Below are positions 18,861 to 28,584 of a stretch of DNA of 64,000 nucleotides, in pieces. The notes beneath the pieces were generated by a model. That model was given only the letters and a program-made list of their open reading frames with translations, was not told the origin of the DNA and made no database searches. The position numbers were made by a program, and so were the translations under genes. Origin of the DNA: Candidatus Dormiibacterota bacterium (GTDB lineage: Bacteria; Chloroflexota; Dormibacteria; Aeolococcales; Aeolococcaceae); assembly GCA_963718525.1 (NCBI GenBank), contig OY970355.1, forward strand, positions 2,848,001 to 2,912,000. The letters run 5' to 3'. Positions within the stretch are counted from its first letter, which is position 1, and every line of letters begins with the position of its first letter.

Positions 18861-19686
18861 GCTCGCCGACCGTATCCAGGAACTGCAGGACAGCGGCCCC
18901 GGTGACTTCCGGCTGCTGCGACTGAGGATAGTGGCCGGCGTCGGGCACCATCACGACGTCGCCACGCAGCACGCCGGCGATCCATGCGGCCTCGGCCTTC
19001 GGATCGGGGAAGTCCGGATCCTTCTCCCCCATCACGACAAGCGTCGGCGTGTTGACCTCAGCGAGACGCGCCTCGGCTGGGTCATGGCTCGTGTGCGTTG
19101 TGCGCGAGAAGGACCGCGCGTATCCCGGCCGCCGCAGGCTCGCCACCACCTGGTTGCGATAGGCGTCGAAGTCGTCGGGCCTCCTTCCGGCGTAGAGCTT
19201 CGGCAGGTACGCCTTCCAGACCAACGGTGCCCAGAGGGGCGCCATCGCAACGCGCTGGACCAGTCGCATCATCGTGCTCACCTTTCCGTTGCGGACGAAG
19301 GGATCGATCAGCACCAGGCCCCTGACGAGGTCGGGTCGCTCGGCGGCGGCGATGACGCCCACCGCGGCGCCCATGGAATTCCCGACGATGACAGCGGGGC
19401 CGCCGAGTTCCTCGATGAGGGCGACGATGTCGCCGGAGGTTTCCACATCGCCATAGGTCGCGAACGTGGCGTCGCTGTCGCCCTGGCCGCGAAGATCGGC
19501 AACGGCAACTCGGTGGCCTGCGGTACGCAGCACCGGAGCGATGAACCGGAAGGTTGCGCGCAGATCGCCCATTCCCGGAACGAGAACGACCAGAGGTCCG
19601 TCGCCGTCCACGTCGTAGGCGACCCGTCCTTCGGGGCGGGTGATGTAGCGGGTGTCGGTGCTGCGGGCGGCGGTGTCTGTCTGCAT
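18853..19686 (-). CDS. Alpha/beta-fold hydrolase
   Basis: VPGMGD, DLRGQG, GNSMGA, GEKDPD, AGHYP. Confidence 0.92.
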   Translation of the reverse strand: MQTDTAARSTDTRYITRPEGRVAYDVDGDGPLVVLVPGMGDLRATFRFIAPVLRTAGHRVAVADLRGQGDSDATFATYGDVETSGDIVALIEELGGPAVIVGNSMGAAVGVIAAAERPDLVRGLVLIDPFVRNGKVSTMMRLVQRVAMAPLWAPLVWKAYLPKLYAGRRPDDFDAYRNQVVASLRRPGYARSFSRTTHTSHDPAEARLAEVNTPTLVVMGEKDPDFPDPKAEAAWIAGVLRGDVVMVPDAGHYPQSQQPEVTGAAVLQFLDTVGERA

Positions 19687-19726
19687 CAAAGCTACTCTAA
19701 TTAGCCTATGAGCTAACGTCAATAGC
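19687..19726 (-). promoter_or_regulatory. Leaderless sigma70 promoter with two GCTA-N7-TAGC operators
   Basis: TTGACG-N17-TAGAGT-N7-ATG; dyads at 19691-19705 and 19712-19726. Confidence 0.75.
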
Positions 19727-19756
19727 CATCCTCAACCCGCCCTGGGAAGAGCTTCC

Positions 19757-20359
19757 TCACCGCCTCGGCTGCGTCACTCCCTGGGCCTGCCCTGAGGTCG
19801 GATGCTGGGGAGCACTGGCTCTCCCGAAGATCTCGACGTGCGGGTCCACGGGGGGCGGGGCCGGTCGGAGCTCTTCGATCATCTGACGTTCGAGCTGGTC
19901 GACCTTCATTGCAAGGTCGCGCAGCGGGGGCCGCACCGTCCTGCGTCCAGCGCTGAGATCGGGATGGCCGGATGGGGTCGCGATGGGCAGCGTTCGAAGC
20001 ACGTTGATGACCGCGACGGCCGCCTCCAGAGCCTCGTCGTGCAGCCGCTGGGTGGGGAGCGACCCGAATTGCTCGAGCTGAGCCCGCGAGCGGAGGACAG
20101 CGGCGAGGTCCCGTGGTCGATCGGTCGGGAGCCCCTCCGCCGGAAAGGCGAGCGTCCGTACGGAGTCGAGATAGGCGTGCCATCCGGCCGACACCTCGAG
20201 GTACACGGCAGCGCGGCGTTCGAGGTACGAGGACGGCGGCGGTGGGTCGGGCATGTCATCGGCATTCCGTCCGGCGGCCCGCATCGCGATCGCGGCACCG
20301 ATCAGCCCGCTACCGAGCACGGCCGCGGCGATGATCACAACCTCCCACCATGGCGTCAC
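19757..20359 (-). CDS. Hypothetical protein with an N-terminal TM anchor
   Basis: Hydrophobic N-terminus followed by a helical region; TACCGT-N7-GTG leaderless start. Confidence 0.65.
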   Translation of the reverse strand: MTPWWEVVIIAAAVLGSGLIGAAIAMRAAGRNADDMPDPPPPSSYLERRAAVYLEVSAGWHAYLDSVRTLAFPAEGLPTDRPRDLAAVLRSRAQLEQFGSLPTQRLHDEALEAAVAVINVLRTLPIATPSGHPDLSAGRRTVRPPLRDLAMKVDQLERQMIEELRPAPPPVDPHVEIFGRASAPQHPTSGQAQGVTQPRR

Positions 20360-20499
20360 CCCTTACACGGTAGCGAGAAGGACACTCGAGCGGGGTGGAT
20401 CGTCGCAAGCGCTGCGTTCCGATGGCGTCCGCGTTTGCCAGGATCTATGACCACGTGCTCGATGCCGAGCCTTCGCGCTTCGCTGGGCGCGGACCGCGC

Positions 20500-20769
20500 T
20501 CAGAGCTGATCTAGGGCCGTCGCAAGACGGAAATCGCGTTCGCTCACGCCGCCGATGTCGTGGCTCCAGAGCTGCACGACCACCTTGCCCCATGTGACGA
20601 ACAGGTCGGGGTGGTGGTTCTGTGCTTCCGCGACCACGGTGAGACGGTCTACGAAGTCCACGGCCAACACGAAGTTGGGAAACGTGTACGACTTGAAGAG
20701 CTTGCCGTCCTCGAACGCCCAGCCGGCAAGCGCCGTCAATCGCTCTCTTATGGCACCTGGATCGAGCAT
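20500..20769 (-). CDS. phhB: Pterin-4-alpha-carbinolamine dehydratase
   Basis: AEAQNHHPDL, LWSHDIGGVSERD. Confidence 0.93.
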   Translation of the reverse strand: MLDPGAIRERLTALAGWAFEDGKLFKSYTFPNFVLAVDFVDRLTVVAEAQNHHPDLFVTWGKVVVQLWSHDIGGVSERDFRLATALDQL

Positions 20770-20782
20770 CCGACCCACGAGG

Positions 20783-21046
20783 TTACGCGGTTCCGGCCTC
20801 CAGGATCTCTTGGAGCTTGTCCATGATCCAGGAATTCGGGTCCGGGTGTCCCGCCTCGCGCCACTCGGCAAGCAGCCGAGTCGGCGGCAGGTCGGAAACC
20901 CCGGGGGCCACGTGGTAATGGCGGTCGATGACCGCGATGTTCTCGTCGGCAGAGGGCGGGCTCGTCGAGTCCCATTCCGCAAGGGCTGCATACCAAGCGC
21001 GCATGACAGGAGCGGCCATCACTCGCGACTGTTGTGCTGTGGTCAT
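20783..21046 (-). CDS. Hypothetical protein
   Basis: 87-aa ORF co-oriented with and 13 bp upstream of the dehydratase. Confidence 0.5.
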   Translation of the reverse strand: MTTAQQSRVMAAPVMRAWYAALAEWDSTSPPSADENIAVIDRHYHVAPGVSDLPPTRLLAEWREAGHPDPNSWIMDKLQEILEAGTA

Positions 21047-21143
21047 CCGGGCATGGTAGCCGCCGTACTTTCCTGCCGAGTTGATCCTTGCAGCAGGCGC
21101 ACAATCCCGTCATGACGATGTGACGAGGAGCGTGCAATGCCGA

Positions 21144-21422
21144 TCAGAGCAACGTCTCCTCCTGTTCGACTCGCCTGCTCCGGCGCGATTCACGCCCGAC
21201 CGCGATATCGGCAGCGGGGTGCTCGACAATGGCGATCACCCGCGTCGCCATGAAGCGTCCGACGCGTACGGGATTCCCTGTGCGGGTGAGTTCCGCCACT
21301 TCGACAACGCCACGCGCTGTGGTCACTTCCACCCGACGGCCGGCGCGTGTCGCCGAGATTTCGAACGTCCGGGCGTTTCCGGTCCCGGCGTCAACGATGA
21401 CCTCGATCATGTCTCCGACCAC
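21144..21422 (-). CDS. Small hypothetical protein, beta-rich
   Basis: Plausible composition (IEVIVDAG...TFEI...RRVEV...VVEVAE); TACAGT-N6-GTG start, alternative ATG at 21410 with GGAG. Confidence 0.7.
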   Translation of the reverse strand: MVGDMIEVIVDAGTGNARTFEISATRAGRRVEVTTARGVVEVAELTRTGNPVRVGRFMATRVIAIVEHPAADIAVGRESRRSRRVEQEETLL

Positions 21423-21447
21423 GGGTCAACTGTAGCGATCACAGGCG

Positions 21448-21861
21448 GTGCTCAGTGACCCATCCAGCAGCGTTGCCAACCGGCTGCGCCGATGGGATGA
21501 TGCGCCGGTGCGGAGGCAATCCTGGTTGGTGGTGCTCGGCCTGTTCCTCGTGGCAGCATTTGCGCTCGCGGCAGGCGCGTTCGTACTCGGTTCCCACAAC
21601 CCCGTCGTGACGGTTGTCACCGCTGACGCGCGGGTGGGCGACAACGTCGCGACTGCATTCGACGGTGGATGGGCCTACGGAATCCCGATGGATGTGGCAT
21701 GGCTCGGGACCGACAACAGCTGGCGTCAAGATGGTCAACCGGCATGTCTCGCATGGAACGGTTCGCCTCGCGACGTCTCGATCCAGTTTGGCTGGGTCCC
21801 AGTCACCTCGCCGGCAGGCTCGAGCTGGCGGCAGGTGGTGTGGGTTTCCTGCAAAAGTTGA
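21448..21861 (+). CDS. Hypothetical exported/membrane-anchored protein
   Basis: One TM then a Trp-rich domain (WAYG..VAW....W...GQPACL...VVWVSC). Confidence 0.65.
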   Translation: MLSDPSSSVANRLRRWDDAPVRRQSWLVVLGLFLVAAFALAAGAFVLGSHNPVVTVVTADARVGDNVATAFDGGWAYGIPMDVAWLGTDNSWRQDGQPACLAWNGSPRDVSIQFGWVPVTSPAGSSWRQVVWVSCKS

Positions 21862-21924
21862 TGACCACCTCGCGGTCCAACTCAGCGCGCTGACGCCGAG
21901 CCAGCGACACGGCGAGACACCATC

Positions 21925-22662
21925 GTGAATTCGTTCATCGCTGACGTGCGGCAGATGATCGTTCCGGGGAGCGATCCACGCCACGGTCCATTGCCACCGC
22001 TGCTGCTTGCGATGACGCTGGTCACCGGCCTCGTCGATGCGTTCAGCTATCTGCTCCTCGGACACGTCTTTGTCGCCAACATGACGGGGAACATCGTGCT
22101 GCTCGGATTCGCGCTGGTCGGCGCGCCGGGCTTCTCCATCGCCGCATCCTTGCTTGCCGTGGCGGCCTTCTCGCTCGGGGCGGTAGTGGGCGGTAAGGTG
22201 GGAACGCTCCTCGGTCAGGATCGCGGCCGTCTTTTCCGGACAACGGCGGCGATTCAGGCGATGTTTCTCGCGTGTACGGTGGCGCTCGCCGCCGCAGGCG
22301 GCAATCCGGTCCCTGATGCGTACAGATACTCGCTGATCATCGTCCTCGCCGTCGCCATGGGCATCCAGAACGCCACTGCCCGCAGGCTCGCAGTGCCCGA
22401 CCTGACGACCACCGTCCTCACCCTGACCATGACCGGCCTCGCCGCGGACAGCGCCATCGCGGGCGGTCAGGGATCCAGGGCCGGCCGCCGTCTCATGGCC
22501 GTTGCCGCGATGCTGATCGGGGCCGTCGTCGGTGCCGCACTCGTTGTGAATGGGCGCATCGTCTACCCATTGATCCTCGCGCTGGTCGTGACAGCAATCG
22601 CCGCAATTGCGAGTCGTGCGCTTGGAGGATCCGATACACGCTGGCTGCATGTCGAGCGCTGA
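21925..22662 (+). CDS. YoaK/DUF1275 family membrane protein
   Basis: TGLVDAFSY, VFVANMTGN, AMGIQNA, DLTTTVLT. Confidence 0.92.
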   Translation: MNSFIADVRQMIVPGSDPRHGPLPPLLLAMTLVTGLVDAFSYLLLGHVFVANMTGNIVLLGFALVGAPGFSIAASLLAVAAFSLGAVVGGKVGTLLGQDRGRLFRTTAAIQAMFLACTVALAAAGGNPVPDAYRYSLIIVLAVAMGIQNATARRLAVPDLTTTVLTLTMTGLAADSAIAGGQGSRAGRRLMAVAAMLIGAVVGAALVVNGRIVYPLILALVVTAIAAIASRALGGSDTRWLHVER

Positions 22663-22682
22663 GTCCACGGCGCTGGTGGGAC

Positions 22683-22847
22683 GACCTCGTCGATGAATAC
22701 CGCCTCATGGTGTTCCCAATCGTCCTCGGTACCGGAAAGCGTCTCTTCGAGGAAGGCACCTCGCGCATCGAGTTGCGCCTGCTCAACTCACGGCCGGTCG
22801 GCCCGGCGGATGACGTCGTCATCGTGACCTACGTGCCGGCGCGATAG
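22683..22847 (+). pseudogene. C-terminal remnant of a DHFR/RibD-C gene
   Basis: Reads DLVDEYRLMVFPIVLGTGKRLFEEG...VVIVTYVPAR*; the 5' part is absent. Confidence 0.8.
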
Positions 22848-22855
22848 CTCAGACG

Positions 22856-25750
22856 CTACTGCCCGGTGTCGACTGCTGCACGGATCAACTCCACCGGGTG
22901 CTGCGCCCGGCGGCCGGTGCCATGCTCGATCTGCTGGCGGCATGACACACCGGTAGCGGCAATCACGGTGTCGGCGTTCTCCGAGTTGACCGCCGGGAAG
23001 AGACGCATCCCGCCGATCTGCATCGACAGATCGTAGTGCTCGGTCTCAAAGCCGAACGACCCAGCCATGCCGCAGCAGCCGGCATCGAGCTCGACCACAG
23101 TCGCGCCAGGGATCCTGGACAGCAGTCGCACCGTGCGCGACGTCCCGGTAAGCGCCTTCTGATGGCAATGGCCGTGGAAGAGGAATCGCCGGCCCGCCAA
23201 TGGCGACGCCGGATCCATGCGGAGGTGGCCCGCGTCGATCGCGTCGAGAAGCAGCTCGTCCACGAGCCGTACCTGACGAGCGACCAGCTCTGCGTCGGGA
23301 TTCCCCGGCTGCAGCGCGATGTGCTCCTCAGCGAGCGTGAGGATGCACGATGGTTCGACGCCGACGATCAGCGCGCCGTCCCGCGCCATCGCGGCCAGGC
23401 ACCGCGTCATCGCCTGCGCGGCGCGGGACGCGTCATCGAGGCGGCCCTTGGAGATCGCGGCTCGCCCGCAGCACTGATTCCCGATCAGCTCGACCTGCCA
23501 TCCGGCAAGCTCGAGCAGTTCCACGGCTGCAATCCCGATACCCGGTTCCGTGAAAGTCGTGAATGAGTCGGCGAGCATCGCAACGCGTCCGAGCGATCCT
23601 GAACGTCGAGGTTCGCGGCCCGCATGCCAGCGAAGCAGCGTGCGCCGTTGGAATCGCGGCAGTGGCCGCCGCCGGCTGATCCCGAGCACGCGTTCCATAA
23701 GCGCACGCGATCCGGGCAGCGACGTGGCCCGGTTCGAGAGGGGCGCGAGCGCAGACCCCAACCGGTTGACCCGGCGCGCTGCTGCAAAGAACCGCGCACG
23801 CCGCGGGACGCCGTGAATTCCCTGGTACTGAAAGAGAAACTCGCTCTTCATCGAAGCCATGTCCACACCAAGCGGGCATTCGCTCTTGCACGCTTTGCAC
23901 TCCAGGCAGAGGTCGAGAATGTCGTGCAAACGGTCGTCGCCGAGTGCGCCCCGCGGATCCGGTTGCGACAGCGCGAACACCAGCGCATTGGCGCGGCCGC
24001 GGGTGCTGTGCTCCTCCTCGCGAGTCGCCATGTACGACGGGCACATCACACCGGTGGATCCCTTGCGACAGAGGCCGATGTTCATGCATCGATCTGCCGC
24101 GCCGCGCATTCCACCCGTGCCGGCGAATGAGAGACGTGTCGAGAGGGCGAACGTGGGAGGCAGGGCAACATCGCGGATGTTCTCGGTCATCGGCGGCGCG
24201 TTGACGATTTTCCCCGGATTCATCAGCGCGTTGGGGTCGAAGAGCTGCTTCACCTCGCACATCGCGCCGTAGAGCTCCTCACCGAAGACGATGCGGTTGA
24301 ACTCGCTCCGCGCGAGCCCATCGCCGTGCTCGCTGGAATTGGCACCGCCGAATTCGGTGACCAGGTCACGGATCTCCTCGGCGACGACACGCATGGTGGC
24401 GAGCTCGGCGGGCCGAGTGAGATCCATGAAGGGGCGGATGTGGAGGCATCCGACCGAGCAGTGACCGTAGAACCCTGCCGACAGGCCGTGTCGCTCGAGC
24501 ACGGCGGCGAAGCGCCGGACGTATTCCGGGAGACGCGCGGGGTCCACTGCCGTGTCCTCGATGAATGCGATCGGCCGGCGCGTGCCCTCACTGGCAGCCA
24601 TGAGCAGCCCCAACCCCGCAGACCGGACCTTGAGCAACGCGGATTGCTGCTGCGGCGTCGTCGCTCTGAGCGTGTGATAGCCATGACCGTGGCGCTCCCA
24701 GAGTTCGGCGAGCCGATCCACGCCTGCAGCGGCTTCGGCTGCGCTGTCGCCGTCGAAGGTGACGAACAGGAGCGCGCCGGGATCGCCCTCGAGGATGGAA
24801 CCCAAGGCCGCGTATTCGATCTTCCGACGCGAGAGTTCGAGGATGGTGCGGTCGATCAGTTCCACCGCACTCGGGCTTAGGCTCAGCGCATCGTCGGTGG
24901 CGGCAACAGCGTCGGTGACCGACGCGAAATGGCCCACCGCGATCGCCTTGGCGTTCGGCAGGGGAACCAGTCGCACCGTGGCCTCCGTCACGATGACCAG
25001 GGTCCCTTCGGAGCCGACCACGAATCGTGCCAGGTTGAAGGGGGGCTCTCCGGCAAGACGGTCGAGCCGGTAGCCGCCGGCACGGCGCCAGTACTGCGGA
25101 TAGCCGTTGGCGATCGCGCCGCGATGCTCCTCGACCATCGCGGGCAGCTTCTCGTGAATCCGTCGCTCGAGGCTGTCCACTGTGCCGTGTGACCGCGCGA
25201 CGTCGAGCTGTCCCAGTGTCGCGACGCTTGCATCGCTGAGCACGACGTCGAGCTCCTCGACGTGATCGATGGTCATGCCGTGGACCACCGATCCGCTGCC
25301 TGCGGAGTTGTTGCCGATCATGCCGCCGATCGTCGCCCGGTCGCTCGTGGACGTATCAGGGCCGAAGAGCAGGCCGCGCTGGCGTGCCGCGCTGTTGAGA
25401 TCGTTCTGCACGACGCCGGGTCCAACCCGTGCGGTGCGGTTCTCCGCGTCGAGCGCAATGATTTTGTCCATGTGGCGTGACGTGTCGATGATCACCGCAC
25501 GACCGACGGTCTGACCCGCCAGGCTCGTACCCGCGCCTCGGGGCAGCATTGGTACTCGGAGGCGGGCGCAGACGTCAACCGCAGCCGCGACATCGGCCGC
25601 ATCGCGCGGGAAGACGACCGCGAGTGGCTCGATGCTGTACATGCTGGCGTCGCTGGAGAACAGGTGTCGCGTGTACGCATCCGCTCGCACCTCGCCGGCC
25701 ATAGCGGAGCGAAGCTCCATCTCGAGCTCGCCGAGGGGCGCAGCGTCCAC
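22856..25750 (-). CDS. FAD-linked, 4Fe-4S-containing 2-hydroxy-acid dehydrogenase (GlcD+GlcF/YdiJ-like fusion)
   Basis: PRGAGTSLAGQ, GGMIGNNSAG, GSEGTL, SEHGDG, CMNIGLC..MCPS, CLECKACKSECP, CCG motifs, HGHCHQ. Confidence 0.93.
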   Translation of the reverse strand: MDAAPLGELEMELRSAMAGEVRADAYTRHLFSSDASMYSIEPLAVVFPRDAADVAAAVDVCARLRVPMLPRGAGTSLAGQTVGRAVIIDTSRHMDKIIALDAENRTARVGPGVVQNDLNSAARQRGLLFGPDTSTSDRATIGGMIGNNSAGSGSVVHGMTIDHVEELDVVLSDASVATLGQLDVARSHGTVDSLERRIHEKLPAMVEEHRGAIANGYPQYWRRAGGYRLDRLAGEPPFNLARFVVGSEGTLVIVTEATVRLVPLPNAKAIAVGHFASVTDAVAATDDALSLSPSAVELIDRTILELSRRKIEYAALGSILEGDPGALLFVTFDGDSAAEAAAGVDRLAELWERHGHGYHTLRATTPQQQSALLKVRSAGLGLLMAASEGTRRPIAFIEDTAVDPARLPEYVRRFAAVLERHGLSAGFYGHCSVGCLHIRPFMDLTRPAELATMRVVAEEIRDLVTEFGGANSSEHGDGLARSEFNRIVFGEELYGAMCEVKQLFDPNALMNPGKIVNAPPMTENIRDVALPPTFALSTRLSFAGTGGMRGAADRCMNIGLCRKGSTGVMCPSYMATREEEHSTRGRANALVFALSQPDPRGALGDDRLHDILDLCLECKACKSECPLGVDMASMKSEFLFQYQGIHGVPRRARFFAAARRVNRLGSALAPLSNRATSLPGSRALMERVLGISRRRPLPRFQRRTLLRWHAGREPRRSGSLGRVAMLADSFTTFTEPGIGIAAVELLELAGWQVELIGNQCCGRAAISKGRLDDASRAAQAMTRCLAAMARDGALIVGVEPSCILTLAEEHIALQPGNPDAELVARQVRLVDELLLDAIDAGHLRMDPASPLAGRRFLFHGHCHQKALTGTSRTVRLLSRIPGATVVELDAGCCGMAGSFGFETEHYDLSMQIGGMRLFPAVNSENADTVIAATGVSCRQQIEHGTGRRAQHPVELIRAAVDTGQ

Positions 25751-25826
25751 GGCGTCGTTCAGCCCTGCTGGGGAGCGATCGACGGCGTGGATTCCGATCG
25801 AGATGGCAGCCTCAACTCACGACGTC

Positions 25827-27047
25827 TCACCGGACGACACCTGCATCTCGCAGTGCCGCGATGTCCTCTGCCGTGTACCCGAACTCCCCAAGAACTTCAT
25901 CGGTGTGCTGGCCGAGCGCGGGCGGTGGACGGCGCACGGTTGCGGTGTACTGAGAGAGCTTGATCGGAGACCCCGTCATGCGCAAAGTCCCCGCAGTGGG
26001 GTGCCGGGCGGTGAGCACCATGTCACGCGCCTGCACCTGGGGATGCGCGAGCGCGGCATCGACAGCGTTGATGGCGCCGGCGGGAATGCCGACGCCGGCC
26101 AGCTCCTCGGCCCATGCGGCTGAACCCCTGGCGGCGAGCGCATCCTCGATCAGCGGTATCAGCGCGGTGCGATTCGCAACCCGCTGCGGATTGGTGACGA
26201 AGCGAGGATCATCGACCAGTTCAGGGAGGCCGATGAGCGGCGCGAACCGCTGCCAGAGCGTGTCATTGCCCACCGCGACCATGAGGTGACCGTCGGCGGT
26301 GCGAAGTGCTTGGTACGGGACGATGCTCGGATGCGCCGACCCGTAGCGCCGCGGGATTTCACCGGATGCGAAGTAGCCCCCTGCGAGGTAGGTCAGCGAT
26401 GCGATCTGTCCATCGAGCAGTGAGATGTCGATCCATTCGCCGCGGCCTGTGGTGTGGCGCGCATGCAGGGCCGCGAGCATGCCGATGGCAGCCCACATCG
26501 ATGCACCGAGGTCGGCCGCGGAGTTGCCGACACGCACCGGTTCGCCGTCGGCTTCGCCCGTGACGCTCATCAGGCCGCCCAGTGCCTGCGCGATGGCGTC
26601 GTAGCCCGGCTCCGAAGCATACGGACCGGTCTGCCCAAACCCTGAGATGGACGCATAGATCAATCCCGGGTTGCGCGCGCTCAGGTCGTCGTAGCCGAGC
26701 CCAAGCCGCCCGGCTGTTCCGGGACGGAAATTCTCGACGACGATGTCGGCACGGTCGGCGATGCGCAGCGCGATCTCGCGTCCCTGCGCGCTTTTGAGGT
26801 CGACGGCGATGCCGCGCTTGTTGCGATTCACTGAGAGGAAATACGCGGACTGATCGCCCTGGTACGGCGGCGCCCACTCTCGCGTGTCGTCACCGGTGCG
26901 TGGATTCTCGAGCTTGATGACATCGGCGCCGAGGTCTGCAAACACCATCGTCGCAAACGGCCCGGAGAGAATCCGTGACAGGTCGAGAATGCGGACACCT
27001 GCAAGCGGACCGGATGACGGCGACGGCTGCGGGATGTGAGAGTCCAT
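25827..27047 (-). CDS. Class III (CaiB/BaiF) CoA-transferase
   Basis: PLAGVRILDLSR.LSGP, ADLGADVIKLE, NRNKR, ENFRPG, catalytic Asp in SAADLG. Confidence 0.95.
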   Translation of the reverse strand: MDSHIPQPSPSSGPLAGVRILDLSRILSGPFATMVFADLGADVIKLENPRTGDDTREWAPPYQGDQSAYFLSVNRNKRGIAVDLKSAQGREIALRIADRADIVVENFRPGTAGRLGLGYDDLSARNPGLIYASISGFGQTGPYASEPGYDAIAQALGGLMSVTGEADGEPVRVGNSAADLGASMWAAIGMLAALHARHTTGRGEWIDISLLDGQIASLTYLAGGYFASGEIPRRYGSAHPSIVPYQALRTADGHLMVAVGNDTLWQRFAPLIGLPELVDDPRFVTNPQRVANRTALIPLIEDALAARGSAAWAEELAGVGIPAGAINAVDAALAHPQVQARDMVLTARHPTAGTLRMTGSPIKLSQYTATVRRPPPALGQHTDEVLGEFGYTAEDIAALRDAGVVR

Positions 27048-27059
27048 CGAGCAATGCCC

Positions 27060-27815
27060 CTAGGACAGCACGCCGACGTAGAGCTTGACGACCTCGTCAT
27101 TGTGGAGGAGGTCCTGGCCTCTGCCCTCGAGGCGGTTCCTGCCGAGCACGAGCACGTATGCCCACTGCGCGTGGCGCAGGGTCTCGCGGGTGTTCTGCTC
27201 CACCACGACGACGGCGACGTTGGTGGCACGCACCTGCTCGATGCGCTCCCACACGGCACTCTGGAACTTCGGGGAGAGACCGGCGGAAGGCTCGTCGAGC
27301 AGCAGCACGGCCGGGTCCACCATGAGCCCGCGGGCCATCGCGAGCATGGTGCGCTGGCCGCCGCTCAGGGTCTCCGCGTGGCGGCGGTGCGCGATCTTCA
27401 AATCGGGGAAGAGCTGGTAGAGCTCCTCAGCACGTTCTCGTAACCCATGCTTGCGGCTGTACCCGCCCATCTCCAGGTTCTCCTGGACGCTCAGTTGCGG
27501 AAAGACGTTGGCCACCTGCGGCACATAGGCAATGCCTCGGCGCACGAGCTTCTCTGAAGGCAATCCCGTGGCGTCGCGGCCCTCGACGGCGACGGTGCCC
27601 GCCTTTGCGGTGATCACACCAGCGATGGCTTTGAGCAGCGTCGACTTCCCGGCCCCGTTGGGGCCGACGATGGCGGTGATGGCACCACGATGCGCGCCGA
27701 TGCTGACGTTCTCGACAATCGGCGGTCCCCCGTACCCGGCCGTGAGGCCTTCCACGTCGAGCGCCGCGACGGTGGCCGTCGCCATCGGTGCGGGATCAGG
27801 CGTCAGCGTCGTCAT
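27060..27815 (-). CDS. livF: HAAT ABC transporter ATP-binding subunit
   Basis: GPNGAGKST, LSGGQR, LLLDEPSAGL, VEQN. Confidence 0.93.
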   Translation of the reverse strand: MTTLTPDPAPMATATVAALDVEGLTAGYGGPPIVENVSIGAHRGAITAIVGPNGAGKSTLLKAIAGVITAKAGTVAVEGRDATGLPSEKLVRRGIAYVPQVANVFPQLSVQENLEMGGYSRKHGLRERAEELYQLFPDLKIAHRRHAETLSGGQRTMLAMARGLMVDPAVLLLDEPSAGLSPKFQSAVWERIEQVRATNVAVVVVEQNTRETLRHAQWAYVLVLGRNRLEGRGQDLLHNDEVVKLYVGVLS

Positions 27816-28584
27816 AAGTTGGCATCTCTCCGAGATAGGCGTCGACGACAGCGGGGTTACCGCGCAATTGGTCGAATGGTCCTTCAGCGATCACGTGACC
27901 CTCGGCCATCACGACGACCTGGTCAGTGACTCGCTCGATGAACGGGAGGTTGTGCTCGACGATAACGACGGACGTTCCCGCCGTGACAAAGGCGAGCACA
28001 GCCGTGGCCATGCGCTCGCCAAGAACCGGGTTGACGCCGCCCATCGGTTCGTCGAGGATCACCAAACGTGGCGCTGCCATTCGGATTCTCCCGAACTCGA
28101 GAAGCCGCTTCTGGCCGCCGCTCAGGTTGCCCGCGCGCTCGTTGCGGAGGTGCAACAGTCCGAACTCGTCAAGGATGGCGCGGGCCTGGAGCAACTGATC
28201 GTTGGCACGCTCCTTCTCTGCTCGCGACGGCCCGCGCAGTGACCGCCAGAAGCGCTCGCGCCGCGGCTCGAAACAGGCGAGGATCAAATTCTCCAGAACA
28301 GTCAACCCCGGCCACTCCCGTGGACTTTGGAAGGTCCTGATCAAGCCCATCCGCGAGATGACGTGGGGCGCCTTCCCCTGGACCTCCTTGCCTTCAAACC
28401 GGACGCTGCCGGTGTCCGGTACTTTGAAGCCCGAGATGAGGTCGATCGCGGTGCTCTTGCCGGCGCCGTTGGGGCCGATCAACCCGGTGATCTGTCCTTC
28501 TTCCGCCGTGAATGAGCAGGCGTTCACCGCCTGCACACCGCCGAAGTGCTTGTGCAGCCCCTGTACCTCGAGGAGCGCTGTCAT
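27796..28584 (-). CDS. livG: HAAT ABC transporter ATP-binding subunit
   Basis: GPNGAGKST, RTFQ, LSGGQKR, LDEPMGG, VEHN, VVDAYLG. Confidence 0.93.
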   Translation of the reverse strand: MTALLEVQGLHKHFGGVQAVNACSFTAEEGQITGLIGPNGAGKSTAIDLISGFKVPDTGSVRFEGKEVQGKAPHVISRMGLIRTFQSPREWPGLTVLENLILACFEPRRERFWRSLRGPSRAEKERANDQLLQARAILDEFGLLHLRNERAGNLSGGQKRLLEFGRIRMAAPRLVILDEPMGGVNPVLGERMATAVLAFVTAGTSVVIVEHNLPFIERVTDQVVVMAEGHVIAEGPFDQLRGNPAVVDAYLGEMPTYDDADA

